DNA of 59,348 bases from Rhodocyclaceae bacterium (lineage in GTDB: Bacteria; Pseudomonadota; Gammaproteobacteria; Burkholderiales; Rhodocyclaceae): NCBI GenBank assembly GCA_036391735.1, contig DASVZI010000063.1:1-59348 (forward strand), read 5' to 3'. This document shows, piece after piece, positions 51,685 to 59,348 of the stretch; position 1 is the stretch's first letter, and every line of letters starts with the position of its first letter. The position numbers were made by a program, and so were the translations under genes. The notes beneath the pieces are model-generated. The model ran no database searches, was not told the origin of the DNA, and saw nothing but the letters and a program-made list of their open reading frames with translations.

Positions 51685-52305
51685 TCAGCGCGCCGCGGCG
51701 GTCCGGACCGGCCGGGCCTGCCAGCCCCATTGCCGCTCCCATGCGGCCCGCACCATGTTCGGATATTCGGGCTGACCCAGGCTGCCGTTGTAGCGGCCGA
51801 GCGCGCGATACAGGTCGCCATTCTCGATGTCGAGGTAGTGGCGCAGGATGGTGCAGCCGTAGCGCAGGTTGGTGCGCAGATGGAACAGGTCGTTGTCGCG
51901 TGTGCCGATCAGCTTGACCCAGAAGGGCATCACCTGCATGTAGCCGCGCGCACCGGCGTGGGAGACCGAATACTTGCGGAAGCCGCTTTCCACCTGGATC
52001 AGGCCGAGCACCAACTGGGGATCGAGGCCGGCCCGCTGCGCCTCGTAGTATACGGTCTTGAGGAATTCGTAGCGGGCAGTCCGGTCGGGCATGCGCTTCT
52101 CGAGCCGGCGCGACATCTCGGTCATCCAGTTGACGCGTTCCTCGACGCTCGGAAAGCGGGGTTCCGGCGCCGCGTGGTCGGCGATGCTCGAATGCAGCGC
52201 GGCCTGCACGCTGGCGGCGAGCGGCTCGTACTTCTGGGCGCCGGCCCAGGCGGCGCCCGCCGAGGCGAGCAGCGCAAAGAGCGCGACTGCGTTCGTCAGC
52301 CGCAT
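51685..52305 (-). CDS. lytic transglycosylase (SLT domain) lipoprotein-like protein
   Basis: Signal peptide; QVESGF...YMQVMP SLT catalytic motif. Confidence 0.75.
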   Translation of the reverse strand: MRLTNAVALFALLASAGAAWAGAQKYEPLAASVQAALHSSIADHAAPEPRFPSVEERVNWMTEMSRRLEKRMPDRTARYEFLKTVYYEAQRAGLDPQLVLGLIQVESGFRKYSVSHAGARGYMQVMPFWVKLIGTRDNDLFHLRTNLRYGCTILRHYLDIENGDLYRALGRYNGSLGQPEYPNMVRAAWERQWGWQARPVRTAAAR

Positions 52306-54011
52306 ACCTTCGCGCGCGCCAGCGTGGCGGCTTCGGCAAGCGGAACCTTCGTCGCCTCGGGGTCGCGGCGGCCCTGGTATTCCACCACGCCTTCCTTGAG
52401 ACCGCGCTCGCCGACGACGAGGCGGTGCGGCACGCCGATCAGCTCCCAGTCGGCAAGCATCGAGCCGGGGCGCTCGTCGCGGTCGTCGAGAATGACGTCG
52501 ACTCCGGCGGCCGCCAGTTCTCCGTGAAGCTTCTCGCAGGCCTCGCGCACGGCTTCGGATTTGTTCCAGCCCATCGGCACGATCACCAGCTCGAAAGGCG
52601 CGATGGCGGCCGGAAAGATGATGCCGCGCTCGTCGTTGCCCTGCTCGATGGCGGCGCCGACGATGCGCGTGATGCCGATGCCGTAGCAACCCATCTCGGC
52701 GGTCTGCTCCTTGCCCTGCTCGTTGAGAAAGCTGCATTTCAGCGCCGACGAGTAGCGGGTGCGCAATTGGAAGATGTGGCCGACCTCGATGCCGCGGCAG
52801 AGATCGAGCTCGCCCTTGCCGTCGGGCGAGGGATCGCCGGGGACGACGTTGCGGATATCGGCGACGAAATCGGGCTCCGGCAAGTCCCGGCCCCAGTTCA
52901 CCCCGGTCAGGTGGAAACCCGCCTCGTTGGCGCCGCAGACGAAGTTGTCCATCTGCGCGACGGTCCGGTCGGCGACGACGCGCACCTTCGTCCGATCCAC
53001 GCCGACCGGCCCGATGTAGCCCGGGCGGCAGCCGAGGGCCCGCTCGACTTCGTCGTCCGTGGCGAAGCGGAACGGATCGAGGCCAGGCAGCTTGGCCGCT
53101 TTCACCTCGTTGAGGTTGTGGTCCCCGCGCACCAGCAGCAGCGTCAGTTCGTCGTCATGCACCACGGCGATCGCCTTCACAGTTCGGCCCACGGCGCTGC
53201 CGAGGAAGTCGGCGACGTCTTCGCAGCGAATCTTGCCCGGGGTCGCCTTCTTCTCCAGCGTCTCCAGGGCGGCTCCGCGGGGCGCGGGGGGGGCGAGTGC
53301 CTCGGCCAGTTCGACGTTGGCGGCGTAATCGGAGGCGGGGCAAAAGGCGATGGCGTCCTCGCCGGAATCGGCGAGCACATGGAATTCATGGGAGCCCGTG
53401 CCGCCGATCGAGCCGGTGTCGGCCGCGACGGCACGGAACTTCAGGCCCAGCCTGGCGAAGATGCGGCTGTAGGTCTCGTACATGTTCTGATATTCGCGCT
53501 CGAGATCCTCGAAGCTGCTGTGGAAGGAGTAGCCGTCCTTCATGGTGAACTCGCGGCCGCGCATGACGCCGAAGCGCGGACGGATCTCGTCGCGGAACTT
53601 GGTCTGGATCTGGTAGAAGTGCTTCGGCAGCTGCCGGTAGCTCTTGATCTCGCGGCGCACGATGTCCGTGATGACTTCCTCGTGCGTCGGGCCGATGACG
53701 AAGTCGCGCGCATGGCGGTCCTTGAAGCGCAGCAGCTCGGGCCCGTACTTGTCCCAGCGGCCCGATTCCTGCCACAGTTCGGCAGGCTGTACGGCGGGCA
53801 TGAACAACTCGATGGCGCCGGCGCGGTTCATTTCCTCGCGCACGATGTTCTCCACCTTGCGCACAGAGCGCAGCCCCATCGGCATCCACGTGTAGATGCC
53901 GGCGGCGCTCCGCCGGATCATGCCGGCGCGCAGCATCAGGCGCTGCGAGACGACCTCCGCGTCGGCCGGAGCTTCCTTTAGCGTGGAAATGAAGAACTGG
54001 GTGGCGCGCAT
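52296..54011 (-). CDS. proS: proline--tRNA ligase
   Basis: 571 aa class II aaRS with editing domain. Confidence 0.95.
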   Translation of the reverse strand: MRATQFFISTLKEAPADAEVVSQRLMLRAGMIRRSAAGIYTWMPMGLRSVRKVENIVREEMNRAGAIELFMPAVQPAELWQESGRWDKYGPELLRFKDRHARDFVIGPTHEEVITDIVRREIKSYRQLPKHFYQIQTKFRDEIRPRFGVMRGREFTMKDGYSFHSSFEDLEREYQNMYETYSRIFARLGLKFRAVAADTGSIGGTGSHEFHVLADSGEDAIAFCPASDYAANVELAEALAPPAPRGAALETLEKKATPGKIRCEDVADFLGSAVGRTVKAIAVVHDDELTLLLVRGDHNLNEVKAAKLPGLDPFRFATDDEVERALGCRPGYIGPVGVDRTKVRVVADRTVAQMDNFVCGANEAGFHLTGVNWGRDLPEPDFVADIRNVVPGDPSPDGKGELDLCRGIEVGHIFQLRTRYSSALKCSFLNEQGKEQTAEMGCYGIGITRIVGAAIEQGNDERGIIFPAAIAPFELVIVPMGWNKSEAVREACEKLHGELAAAGVDVILDDRDERPGSMLADWELIGVPHRLVVGERGLKEGVVEYQGRRDPEATKVPLAEAATLARAKVCG

Positions 54012-54120
54012 GACTCGGTTCCGCTGAAAGAAAACGGCTATTTTACCGTCGCCCCGCCGCTTTCCACGCGCCGCCGGTTATGGAACAATGGCCGGCAGTC
54101 GAATATTGGAAACTTGCATC

Positions 54121-54642
54121 ATGCTTGACCGTGAAGGCTACCGCCCGAACGTCGGCATTGTCTTGGCGAACAGCAGAAACGAGGTCTTCTGGGGCAAGCG
54201 CATTCGCGAGCATTCGTGGCAGTTCCCGCAAGGGGGCATCAAAAAGGGCGAAACGCCCGAACAGGCCATGTTCCGCGAATTGCAGGAGGAGACGGGGTTG
54301 TTGCCGGATCATGTCCGCATTCTCGGGCGCACGCGCGATTGGCTGCGCTACGACGTGCCCAAGCAATGGATACGCCGCGAGTGGCGCCACACCTACAAGG
54401 GCCAGAAGCAGATATGGTTCCTCCTCCGCATGCTCGGACGCGATTCGGACGTCTCGCTGCGCGCCTCGGAGAAGCCGGAATTCGATGCCTGGCGCTGGAA
54501 CGACTATTGGGTACCGCTCGAATCCGTCATCGAGTTCAAGCGCGGCGTATACGAAATGGCGCTGACGGAGTTGGCGCGGTTTCTGTTCGTTCATCCCGCC
54601 GATCGCAAGCCGCGCTGGCAGGTGCAGGACGTGAATCGATGA
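54121..54642 (+). CDS. rppH: RNA pyrophosphohydrolase (NUDIX)
   Basis: [14 protein letters not shown]..., Nudix box [22 protein letters not shown]. Confidence 0.85.
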   Translation: MLDREGYRPNVGIVLANSRNEVFWGKRIREHSWQFPQGGIKKGETPEQAMFRELQEETGLLPDHVRILGRTRDWLRYDVPKQWIRREWRHTYKGQKQIWFLLRMLGRDSDVSLRASEKPEFDAWRWNDYWVPLESVIEFKRGVYEMALTELARFLFVHPADRKPRWQVQDVNR

Positions 54643-55157
54643 GATGGCTGCGCTTCGCTGCTGCGCTGCTGCTTGTCGCTGCGCTGTCGCCCGCTTTCGC
54701 CGACATCCATTTCCGGCACTTCGAGGAGGACGACGAGCCGAAGTGGGAGGAGGGCGAAGTGAAGCTGCCCGAATACCCGAAGGACGAGGATCTGATGGAG
54801 TTCTACGTCAGCGCGGGCACCGCCAACAAGTTCTACATCGACGGGAAATCCATCAATCCCGGCAGCGATGGCGTCGTCCGCTTCACCATGGTCGTCAGGA
54901 CCGCCGGAGGTGCGACGAACGTGACCTTCGAGGGCATCCGCTGCAAGACCATCGAAACCCGGCTGTACGCGACCGGAAGCAACGGGAAGTGGGTCAAGGC
55001 GCGCAAGAGCGAATGGCGCGACATCGAGAACAACACGGTGAACCGGCCACATGCCGCGCTAAGCCGCGACTACTTTTGCCCCAGCCAACTGCCTATCCTC
55101 ACCCCGGAGGAGGGGCGCGACGCGCTGCGCCGGGGCAAGCATCCGAACGCCAAGTAG
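54639..55157 (+). CDS. CNP1-like periplasmic protein
   Basis: Signal peptide; [32 protein letters not shown] pattern of CNP1-like lipoprotein family; ATGA coupling with rppH. Confidence 0.55.
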   Translation: MRWLRFAAALLLVAALSPAFADIHFRHFEEDDEPKWEEGEVKLPEYPKDEDLMEFYVSAGTANKFYIDGKSINPGSDGVVRFTMVVRTAGGATNVTFEGIRCKTIETRLYATGSNGKWVKARKSEWRDIENNTVNRPHAALSRDYFCPSQLPILTPEEGRDALRRGKHPNAK

Positions 55158-55574
55158 TCAGGCCTCGACGATTTCCCAGGTGTGCTGCATCTCGGCCGTC
55201 TTGCCGAGCATGATCGACGCCGAGCAGTATTTCTCTGCGGACAGCTTGATCGCGCGCTCGACTGCTTCGGGCTTGAGCGTCTTGCCGGTGACGATGTAGT
55301 GGAAGGCCAGCTTGGTGAAGACCTTGGGGTCCGTGTCGGCCCGTTCGGCGGTGATCTTTACTTCGCAGCCGCGGATGTCCTGGTGCCCGCGCTTGAGGAT
55401 CATCACCACGTCGAAACTGGTGCAGCCTCCCGCGCCTGCGAGGACGGTCTCCATTGGTCGCGGTGCGAGGTTGCGCCCGCCTGCGTCGGGCGGGCCGTCC
55501 ATGGCGATCAGGTGGCCGCTGCCCGTTTCCGCGATGAAACTCATGCCGTTGTGCCACCGAACCGTACATTCCAT
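55158..55574 (-). CDS. OsmC/Ohr-family peroxiredoxin-like protein
   Basis: 138 aa with two conserved Cys (GGCTSFD, KYCSAS). Confidence 0.7.
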   Translation of the reverse strand: MECTVRWHNGMSFIAETGSGHLIAMDGPPDAGGRNLAPRPMETVLAGAGGCTSFDVVMILKRGHQDIRGCEVKITAERADTDPKVFTKLAFHYIVTGKTLKPEAVERAIKLSAEKYCSASIMLGKTAEMQHTWEIVEA

Positions 55575-55907
55575 TGCCTTCTCCCATGCGAGCGAACGGC
55601 GGATTCTACGCTGTGGCCGACCGGGGCTGCGGGCTCCATACCTCCGCGCATTGATGCATTGCGACGTCAAATGAACGATTGCTTTGCGTACTCCGTTTTG
55701 TTAATGCCCGACTAATACCGTCGGCATTGCGAGGGGGCTGATATTCTATTGAATTAAATGGGCTTTATTCAATGCCGGGCTGCCGGTGCTGCCGTGCCCC
55801 AAAAATCTTGCATCGCACAAACGAATCTGCAATAATCGCCCCCAGTGAAGCCATGGGAATCCCGGCTTCTTCCAGTGTCTCCTCCACCCTCCTCCTTTGG
55901 TGTGGAT

Positions 55908-55944
55908 TACGCGCAACCCCTAACCGGGTTGCGCTTTTTTTTCT
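55908..55944 (+). terminator. rho-independent terminator with no upstream CDS (coordinates approx)
   Basis: GCGCAACCcctaaccGGGTTGCGC followed by TTTTTTTT. Confidence 0.5.
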
Positions 55945-55962
55945 ACGTCGGCCTCCGGGGGT

Positions 55963-55992
55963 TTGACAGGGCCGAAAACTTCCGAATACAAT
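55963..55992 (+). promoter_or_regulatory. sigma70-type promoter of rplM-rpsI (coordinates approx)
   Basis: TTGACA, 18 nt spacer, TACAAT about 65 nt upstream of rplM. Confidence 0.5.
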
Positions 55993-56056
55993 GCGCGGCT
56001 TTCCGCAAAGCGCCGGTTCCCTTTTCGAGCCGGGCCTGTGAAGTTCGAGGAACATA

Positions 56057-56485
56057 ATGAAAACCTTTTCCGCCAAGCCGCATGAAGTCAAGCGCGACTG
56101 GTTCGTCGTTGACGCGACGGACAAGGTGCTCGGCCGCGTCGCTACCGAGATCGCACGCCGTCTGCGCGGCAAGCACAAGCCCGAATTCACGCCCCACGTC
56201 GACACCGGCGACTACATCGTCGTGGTCAACGTCGAGAAGCTGCGCGTGACCGGCAACAAGGCGCAGGACAAGAAGTACTTCCGCCACTCGGGCTACCCGG
56301 GCGGCATCTACGAGACCAACTTCACCAAGCTCCAGCAGCGCTTCCCGGCGCGCGTCCTCGAGAAGGCCGTCAAGGGCATGCTGCCGAAGGGTCCGCTGGG
56401 CTACGCGATGTTGAAGAAGATGAAGTGCTACGCCGGCGCGGAGCATCCGCACACGGCGCAGCAGCCCAAAGCGCTGGAACTCTGA
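56057..56485 (+). CDS. rplM: 50S ribosomal protein L13
   Basis: 142 aa; [20 protein letters not shown]... Confidence 0.95.
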   Translation: MKTFSAKPHEVKRDWFVVDATDKVLGRVATEIARRLRGKHKPEFTPHVDTGDYIVVVNVEKLRVTGNKAQDKKYFRHSGYPGGIYETNFTKLQQRFPARVLEKAVKGMLPKGPLGYAMLKKMKCYAGAEHPHTAQQPKALEL

Positions 56486-56496
56486 CAGGATAAGAC

Positions 56497-56889
56497 ATGG
56501 CAGCCAACTACTATTACGGCACCGGCCGCCGCAAGACTGCGGTGGCGCGCGTGTTCCTGAAGTCCGGCAGCGGCAAGTTCGTGGTCAACGACAAGCCGGT
56601 CGATGAATTTTTCTCGCGCGAAACCGGTCGCATGGTCGTGCGCCAGCCGCTCGAACTCACCCAGCACGTGAGCACCTTCGACATCATGGTGAACGTCACC
56701 GGTGGCGGCGAATCCGGTCAGGCCGGCGCCGTGCGCCACGGCATCACCCGCGCGCTGATCGAATACGACGAGACGCTCAAGCCCGCGCTGTCGAAGGCCG
56801 GGTTCGTCACTCGCGATGCCCGCGAGGTCGAGCGCAAGAAGGTCGGTCTGCATAAGGCGCGTCGCCGCAAGCAGTTCTCCAAGCGCTGA
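56497..56889 (+). CDS. rpsI: 30S ribosomal protein S9
   Basis: 130 aa; C-terminal [11 protein letters not shown]. Confidence 0.95.
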   Translation: MAANYYYGTGRRKTAVARVFLKSGSGKFVVNDKPVDEFFSRETGRMVVRQPLELTQHVSTFDIMVNVTGGGESGQAGAVRHGITRALIEYDETLKPALSKAGFVTRDAREVERKKVGLHKARRRKQFSKR

Positions 56890-56907
56890 TCGGCGAGGTT
56901 TCGCAAC

Positions 56908-56937
56908 AAAGCCGCCTTCGGGCGGCTTTTGTTTTTT
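56908..56937 (+). terminator. rho-independent terminator of rplM-rpsI (coordinates approx)
   Basis: GCCGCCttcgGGCGGC then TTTTGTTTTTT. Confidence 0.7.
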
Positions 56938-57019
56938 CAGGCACCGCGCGGACGGAACCGTGCTGCGTTGCAGCGGCGAATCCGGGTTACCATTGGCGGC
57001 TCCAAGGAGAAAGGGCGAC

Positions 57020-58048
57020 ATGATCAAGGTTGGTATCGTCGGGGGCACCGGCTACACGGGTGTCGAGCTGCTGCGGCTGCTGGCCCAGCATCCCATGGTG
57101 GAGCTGAGCGCCATCACTTCGCGTGGCGAGGCGGGCACCGCGGTGGCGGACATGTTCCCCAGCCTGCGCGGGCGCGTCGGCCTCAGGTTCTCCGATCCCA
57201 AGGACGCGCCCCTCGATCGCTGCGACGTGGTCTTCTTCGCCACGCCGAATGGCATCGCCATGCAGCAAACCGCGGCTCTGCTGGCTGCCGGCGTGCGCGT
57301 GATCGATCTCGCGGCGGACTTCCGCATCAAGGACATCGCGCTGTGGGAGCAGTGGTACGGCATGAAGCACGCGGCACCGGAACTCGTGGCCGAGGCGGTG
57401 TACGGCCTGCCCGAGGTCAACCGCGAAAAGATCAAGGGTGCAAGGCTGGTTGCCAATCCCGGCTGCTACCCGACGGCGACGCAGCTCGGCCTTCTGCCGC
57501 TCGTGGCCGCGGGCTGCGTCGACGTCGATCATCTGATTGCGGACGCCAAGTCGGGCGTGTCGGGCGCCGGACGCAAGGCTGAGACGCACATCCTGTTCTC
57601 CGAAGCCTCCGACAGCTTCAAGGCCTATGCCGTCTCCGGCCACCGGCATCTGCCGGAAATCAGGCAAGGACTCTCGCTGGCCGCTGGGCGCGACGTGGGC
57701 CTCACTTTCGTGCCCCACCTGACACCGATGATTCGCGGCATTCATGCGACCCTCTATGCGCGGATCACCAAGGAGACCGACTTTCAGGCGCTGTTCGAGA
57801 GCCGTTATGCGAACGAGCCTTTCGTCGACGTGCTGCCGCCAAAGTCGCATCCCGACACGCGTTCGGTGCGCGCCGCCAACATGTGCCGCATTGCGTTGCA
57901 CCGGCCTCAGGGGGGAGACACCCTGGTGGTGCTGTCGGTAATCGACAACCTGGTCAAGGGCGCCGCTGGCCAGGCGGTACAGAACATGAACCTCATGTTC
58001 GGCTTCGAAGAATGCTCGGGCTTGACGGGAATTCCGCTCTTGCCGTAA
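57020..58048 (+). CDS. argC: N-acetyl-gamma-glutamyl-phosphate reductase
   Basis: [21 protein letters not shown]..., active-site region PGCYPT. Confidence 0.9.
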   Translation: MIKVGIVGGTGYTGVELLRLLAQHPMVELSAITSRGEAGTAVADMFPSLRGRVGLRFSDPKDAPLDRCDVVFFATPNGIAMQQTAALLAAGVRVIDLAADFRIKDIALWEQWYGMKHAAPELVAEAVYGLPEVNREKIKGARLVANPGCYPTATQLGLLPLVAAGCVDVDHLIADAKSGVSGAGRKAETHILFSEASDSFKAYAVSGHRHLPEIRQGLSLAAGRDVGLTFVPHLTPMIRGIHATLYARITKETDFQALFESRYANEPFVDVLPPKSHPDTRSVRAANMCRIALHRPQGGDTLVVLSVIDNLVKGAAGQAVQNMNLMFGFEECSGLTGIPLLP

Positions 58049-58092
58049 GGCTGCGCCGGCTGCGCGGCCGCTTCGGCATCACCGCGCCGCGC

Positions 58093-58779
58093 GTGACGGT
58101 GCGAACGCACGTGCCATGGTATTGGCGTGCTGCAGCGGTGGCGTTGACCGGGGGCGTGGCCATCGCGCTGGCTGGCTGGATGTACGACGCCGGGCGCCGT
58201 ATCGCCGGCTTCGACAGCAGCGAGACGGCACAGGAAATCGCCAACCTCACCGAGAAGGTTGCATCGCTGGAGGCTGAGGTCGCCAAACTACGCTCGGCCA
58301 ATGACGCCAGCGAAAGCAGCCTGCAGATCGAGCGCACCGCGCAGCAGCAGCTCACCGCGCAGGTGCAGGTGCTGGAAGCCGAGAACAATCGGCTGAAGGA
58401 GGAAAATGCCGTTTTCGAACGCCTGGCGCAGGGCGGCAACAAGGATGGTGCGGTCACTCTCAACCGTCTGCGCGTATTTCCAGAAGGCGCCCCCGGCCGC
58501 TATCGCTACCAGTTCCTCGCGTCGCAAAACATAGATCAGCGTGGGCGAGAATTCAGAGGCAGTGTTCAAGTGGTTGTCACATTGCCTAACGAAGGTAATG
58601 GTATTATCACGCTCCCCCGCCCCAACGACCCTGAGGCCGGACGGTTCGCCGTCACCTTCAAGAACTTCCGCAGCATCGACGGCTATTTCGTAATTCCAGG
58701 CGGCGCGAAGCCGAAGTCGGTCGAGATTCGCCTGATGCAGGACGGCGCTGTGCGCGCCGCCCAGACCGTCACTTTTTAG
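58093..58779 (+). CDS. hypothetical membrane-anchored coiled-coil protein
   Basis: TM segment (WRAAAVALTGGVAIALAGWMY), coiled coil (EKVASLEAEVAKLRSANDA...ENNRLKEEN), C-terminal beta-rich region; start uncertain (GTG at 58093 or ATG at 58012 overlapping argC). Confidence 0.45.
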   Translation: MTVRTHVPWYWRAAAVALTGGVAIALAGWMYDAGRRIAGFDSSETAQEIANLTEKVASLEAEVAKLRSANDASESSLQIERTAQQQLTAQVQVLEAENNRLKEENAVFERLAQGGNKDGAVTLNRLRVFPEGAPGRYRYQFLASQNIDQRGREFRGSVQVVVTLPNEGNGIITLPRPNDPEAGRFAVTFKNFRSIDGYFVIPGGAKPKSVEIRLMQDGAVRAAQTVTF

Positions 58780-58791
58780 GAAGGAGTCGTC

Positions 58792-59193
58792 ATGTTGTTT
58801 CACAAGTCCGGAAAGCCGCAAAATCGTATCGACAGTCTGATCGGCGCGGGGACGACGATTTCCGGAGACGTCACCTTCGTCGGCGGCCTGCGCATCGACG
58901 GGGAAGTGAAGGGCAACCTGCGCACGGCCGAGGGCCAGACGGGCACCTTGGTGCTTAGCGAGCACGCCCGGGTCGAAGGCGAGATCGACGTTTCCCATCT
59001 GGTCATCAACGGCACGGTGCATGGACCGGTGCGTGCGACCGAATTCCTCGAGCTCCAGCCGCATGCGCGAGTGACGGGCGACGTCGAATACAACAACATC
59101 GAGATGCACCTGGGCGCCGTGGTACAGGGCCGCCTGATCCATCAGGGCGTCCAGACCAAGGCCGTGGAGCTCAAGCTGGCGTCCAGCAACTGA
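58792..59193 (+). CDS. bactofilin-family cytoskeletal protein
   Basis: Repetitive beta-helical G-rich pattern (ISGDVTFVGGLRIDGEVKGNL...VEGEIDVSHLVINGTVHGPV). Confidence 0.75.
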   Translation: MLFHKSGKPQNRIDSLIGAGTTISGDVTFVGGLRIDGEVKGNLRTAEGQTGTLVLSEHARVEGEIDVSHLVINGTVHGPVRATEFLELQPHARVTGDVEYNNIEMHLGAVVQGRLIHQGVQTKAVELKLASSN

Positions 59194-59257
59194 TTGACCG
59201 GGGCTGCCGATGGACCGATAATCGGCAAACCCCAACGCTTTACAGGAGATAACTACA

Positions 59258-59348
59258 TGAACGCCCCCACCGATATGGCCGCACCGCTGATCTTCACCGA
59301 CAGCGCGGCGAACAAGGTCAAGGAACTCATCCAGGAAGAAGGCAACCC
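59258..59348 (+). CDS. erpA: iron-sulfur cluster insertion protein ErpA, N-terminal fragment (3-prime end outside window)
   Basis: [30 protein letters not shown] matches the ErpA/HesB-family N-terminus. Confidence 0.7.

Overview
This is a GC-rich (~67%) chromosomal window that looks betaproteobacterial; the Rhodocyclales/Burkholderiales guess rests only on gene content and synteny. Most of it is conserved housekeeping backbone: glyA-nrdR-ribD, moeB, ctpA-envC-gpmA, yibN-like rhodanese-grxC-secB-gpsA-trmL, comF/bioB-bioC, cytochrome c4/engB, hemB, slmA-HAD nucleotidase-argB, nudB-aspS, pilD-pilC, corC-ypjD/ffh, proS/rppH, rplM-rpsI, argC, bactofilin and erpA. The main accessory block is a roughly 20 kb MSHA-type type IV pilus locus (12062..32266): mshE-mshG, an mshA-like major pilin with its own terminator, a three-gene insert, then a tightly coupled run of a giant MshQ-like protein, four prepilin-type minor pilins, split mshI, mshJ, mshK, mshL, mshM and mshN. 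The three-gene insert (hypothetical protein, SAM-dependent methyltransferase, TPR + GT41 O-GlcNAc-transferase-like glycosyltransferase) is the best candidate here for an undescribed system, possibly a pilin or adhesin glycosylation module. Other notable items are a secreted barnase-like RNase with a barstar-like inhibitor wedged between aspS and nudB, an orphan promoter/terminator unit with a Ser-rich sORF upstream of rplM, and an internally duplicated hypothetical protein. CDS boundaries follow the supplied ORF track. Starts were refined by residue counting, and coordinates of small non-coding features are approximate (about 2 nt either way). No rRNA, tRNA, CRISPR array or mobile element was recognised.
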